The translations under genes were made by a program, and so were the position numbers. From an uncultured Gemmataceae bacterium (GTDB lineage: Bacteria > Planctomycetota > Planctomycetia > Gemmatales > Gemmataceae), in assembly GCA_963750165.1 (NCBI GenBank), contig CAVVPN010000004.1:1120001-1184000 (forward strand): 64,000 nucleotides of DNA. Direction: 5' to 3'. This document shows, one piece after another, positions 61,720-64,000 of the stretch (its first letter is position 1; every line of letters starts with the position of its first letter). Below the pieces are notes generated by a model that did no database searches, was not told where the DNA came from, and saw only the letters and a list, made by a program, of their open reading frames with translations.

Positions 61720-61984
61720 TCAGCTGCACTTGATGGTTCGGCCCGCCTTCCGTTGGGCCGCCTTGTGCTCCTGCGCACGCTCCTTTCGTTCGGCCAGGTC
61801 TCGGAGCCGTTTGGCACGCCGCCGCAGCCACCGCGGATCGTCGGCGGGGTCGGAGTAACCGGAGCGGCGATCCAATCGGTCAGCCCAGGCGTGCAATTCC
61901 TCGGCGGGGTGCGCGTCCATTCCCGCAAACCCACCGAACCGAGGTCGGAGAACGACGATCCGTCCCCGAAACAGTTTCGCCATT
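61720..61984 (-). CDS. Small basic cassette protein
   Basis: AGGAGG RBS; MAKLFRGR...DPADDPRWL..RA; ends in a partial attC arm (61715-61742). Confidence 0.55.
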
Positions 61985-62002
61985 GCATGCCCCTCCTGTG
62001 CA

Positions 62003-62101
62003 TCCGAACGATAAGGATAAGCTGCCGGGGCCGCCTGCAATACCTAGATACCGCGCGAAACCAGGATGGCGGCCCCGGTCAGCTTCATCCGTTGGTTCGC
62101 C
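62003..62101 (-). repeat. attC site (duplicate of 46499)
   Basis: Same sequence as 46499-46597 after the first base. Confidence 0.87.
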
Positions 62102-62132
62102 GACGGCCCTCTCGCACCCGCCGCCGCGCCGC

Positions 62133-62531
62133 TCATTTTCGCTTCTTCAAGGATGCGCAATAGCTGTCATACGCGGTTCGAACATCAGAATCCGACAAAG
62201 TCACCGTTGCCGACTGGAGGGGCTCAGTGCCCGTTTTTTTGAGCCATTTCAGACACTTGTCAACATTGCTAAACAAGCCACCCTTCCCCCCAAGAGCCTT
62301 CCTTACTGCGCGCGACCGATTACGAGCCAAAAGATATCGGTCATTCTTCACTTGGACGATGCCACAGTCAACGAGCCTGGAGAACGCCCGCGATAGCTCT
62401 CCGGCCGTTGGGATCGCATGGTTGATCACGTCGGCGGCACCAATGATCTCGGCGAGCGTCGCCCCGCCCCTTTTGTGCATGAGCGACGTGGCCGTTAGGA
62501 TCCAGGCATCATTCCAGGCCCATTGCGACAT
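62133..62531 (-). CDS. Cassette hypothetical protein (intact copy)
   Basis: DAWIL, L.EIIGAAD.INHAIPT..EL, L...G. Confidence 0.78.
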   Translation of the reverse strand: MSQWAWNDAWILTATSLMHKRGGATLAEIIGAADVINHAIPTAGELSRAFSRLVDCGIVQVKNDRYLLARNRSRAVRKALGGKGGLFSNVDKCLKWLKKTGTEPLQSATVTLSDSDVRTAYDSYCASLKKRK

Positions 62532-62544
62532 AGTTTGTTTAGTT

Positions 62545-62633
62545 GGCGAACGACAAAGTTCACGTGCGGGCCGCTCGACTTAATGTGTCCGTGTGGACTC
62601 AGTTGGCCCGTCACGTGCAACGCCTGGTTCGGA
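62545..62633 (-). repeat. attC site (family A)
   Basis: Near-identical to 50111. Confidence 0.9.
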
Positions 62634-62728
62634 AATGTTTTCTCCCGGCTTTATCTCTTATTTCGTGGAGCTAATTCAAGCTGCGTCCTCTTTTCCGTTT
62701 CAACTGAGCGGCATGAGGATCCCTTTCT

Positions 62729-63009
62729 TTATTTCGTTCCACGTTTAGTTTTTGCTTCTTCAAGGAGGTATTCTGCTTCAAGGCGATCCGAGGTGGCCAA
62801 AAAAAGCGCACGATCCGCCGCCAACCTCTTTGAATGTAATTTCTTGACCAATCCCTCAAATTCAGTCATGCGGTTGAGGTGCCCCTTGTAGGCTTCTTGC
62901 TCCTTTTGAGGCGAATCCGCAAGAACAAGCTGCGCTTTCAACATCCTCTCGGAAAGATTGTAAAGTCCTTCTCCCGCGCTTCTCGCATCCTTCACCTCAC
63001 GGTACATAG
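62729..63009 (-). pseudogene. 3' part of a cassette gene interrupted by an IS
   Basis: Helical protein-like ORF that abuts the IS end. Confidence 0.55.
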
Positions 63010-64000
63010 CTGAACTGTCGCACGCTTCCATGAACAGACGAACACCGATAGTGTCACGGGGCTGTCGCAGAAAGAGAGAGGGGTTCCTCCTAAGTTTGTG
63101 CATAGGTTCTCAAGCCATGCACTCGCCGGAAGGAGCCCCTCATGTGGCTGATGATAGCTTCTCTCCAGCCCATCGTCCAAGCCCTCGCCCCGGCCTTCAC
63201 CCTGCCCTCGTTCCACACCCACTGCCAACTCGTGCTCGGCTGGGTGATGTGCCTGGGCCAGCACCGCCTCTGTCGCGTCGCCGACACCGCCCAACCCCAA
63301 GACTTGCGGGACCATTCCCGGCGCCACGGCCTGGACACCACCTACAACTTCTTTGCGCGCTCCGCCTGGACCGTGACCGGGTTGGCCTACCACGTCGCCG
63401 TCCTCATCCTGACGCGCCTCCACCTGGGCGGCACCATCACGCTGTTGGTGGACGACACCCTGGCCCACAAGCGCGGCAAGCACGTCTGGGGCCTCGGCTG
63501 GTTCCGCGATGCCGTCGCCTCGACCCGCAAACGCACCGCCACGGCCGCGGGGCACAACTGGGTGGTCGTCGCCGTCGCCGTCTGCCTGCCCTTCGCGAAC
63601 GCCCCGATCCTGGCGTTGCCCTTGCTGGCCCGGTTGCACCGGCCCGGCCAGGCGCAGCCGTCCTGCCCACTGCTGGCGCGCGCGCTGCTCGCCGAAGTGC
63701 TGGCCTGGTTCCCCGGCCGGCGCTTTACCCTGGTGGCCGACGGCGCTTACGCGGCCCAAGCGCTGCTGGCGGACCTGGACGAGCGCGTGACCTTCGTCGG
63801 CCGGTTGCGCGGCGACGCGGCCGTGTACGACCCGCGTCTGCCTCAGGCCAAGCCCGGCCGGCGCGGCCGCAAGGCGCAGAAGGGGCCGCGTCTGCCCAAC
63901 CCCAAAGCAGCCGCCGCCAAGGCCGACCGTAAGCGCGTGGCCACCGGGGACTGGGTGTGGCAGGCGGTGACGGTGACCGTCTACGGGGAGCAGCGCGTCC
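63010..64000 (+). mobile_element. IS701-like IS, copy 2 (CDS from 63142; cut by the window end)
   Basis: Near-identical reverse complement of the right part of 34504-36017; preceded by ATAG (reverse complement of CTAT). Confidence 0.88.

Larger units (their letters stand above)
28445..64000 (-). mobile_element. Integron gene-cassette array (no intI in window)
   Basis: 39 attC-like hairpins separating short co-oriented minus-strand genes; cassette duplications end at AAC/GTT crossover points. Confidence 0.93.

Noticed and set aside
28445..64000. CRISPR array interpretation of the recurring repeats
   Set aside because: Repeats are 89-113 bp, variable and separated by gene-sized inserts; no cas genes
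28445..64000. Integron integrase, attI or Pc within the window
   Set aside because: No tyrosine-recombinase ORF seen; the only recombinases are IS transposases
1..64000. tRNA, rRNA, group II intron or prophage
   Set aside because: No cloverleaf, rRNA motifs, reverse transcriptase or phage structural genes recognised

Overview
High-GC bacterial DNA, most likely a planctomycete (Gemmataceae-like), judging by the ECF sigma factor type and the 'HCR..GPHVRGCW' family genes. Bases 1-28.2 kb are ordinary chromosome: two tandem fused MFS/spermidine-synthase genes, a feoA-feoA-feoB operon with a clear promoter and a Fur-like box, an ECF sigma factor, ribD, a peroxiredoxin, a Tm-1-like/PEP-hydrolase pair, a PCP-thioesterase gene and guaB. 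Bases ~28.4-64 kb are a large integron gene-cassette array. It holds short minus-strand genes separated by 39 attC-like hairpins (89-113 bp, typically CCGAAC...GTTCGG) plus several broken ones. Two cassettes are duplicated exactly at the attC crossover points, and five IS copies have inserted. No intI gene lies in the window; polarity predicts one beyond base 64000. The most striking element is an IS110-family element inserted at a CT core inside an attC site. Its 5' non-coding end carries four short segments matching both halves of the attC target and both halves of its own donor junction, consistent with an attC-programmed bridge RNA. Many single-base frameshifts suggest assembly indel errors.
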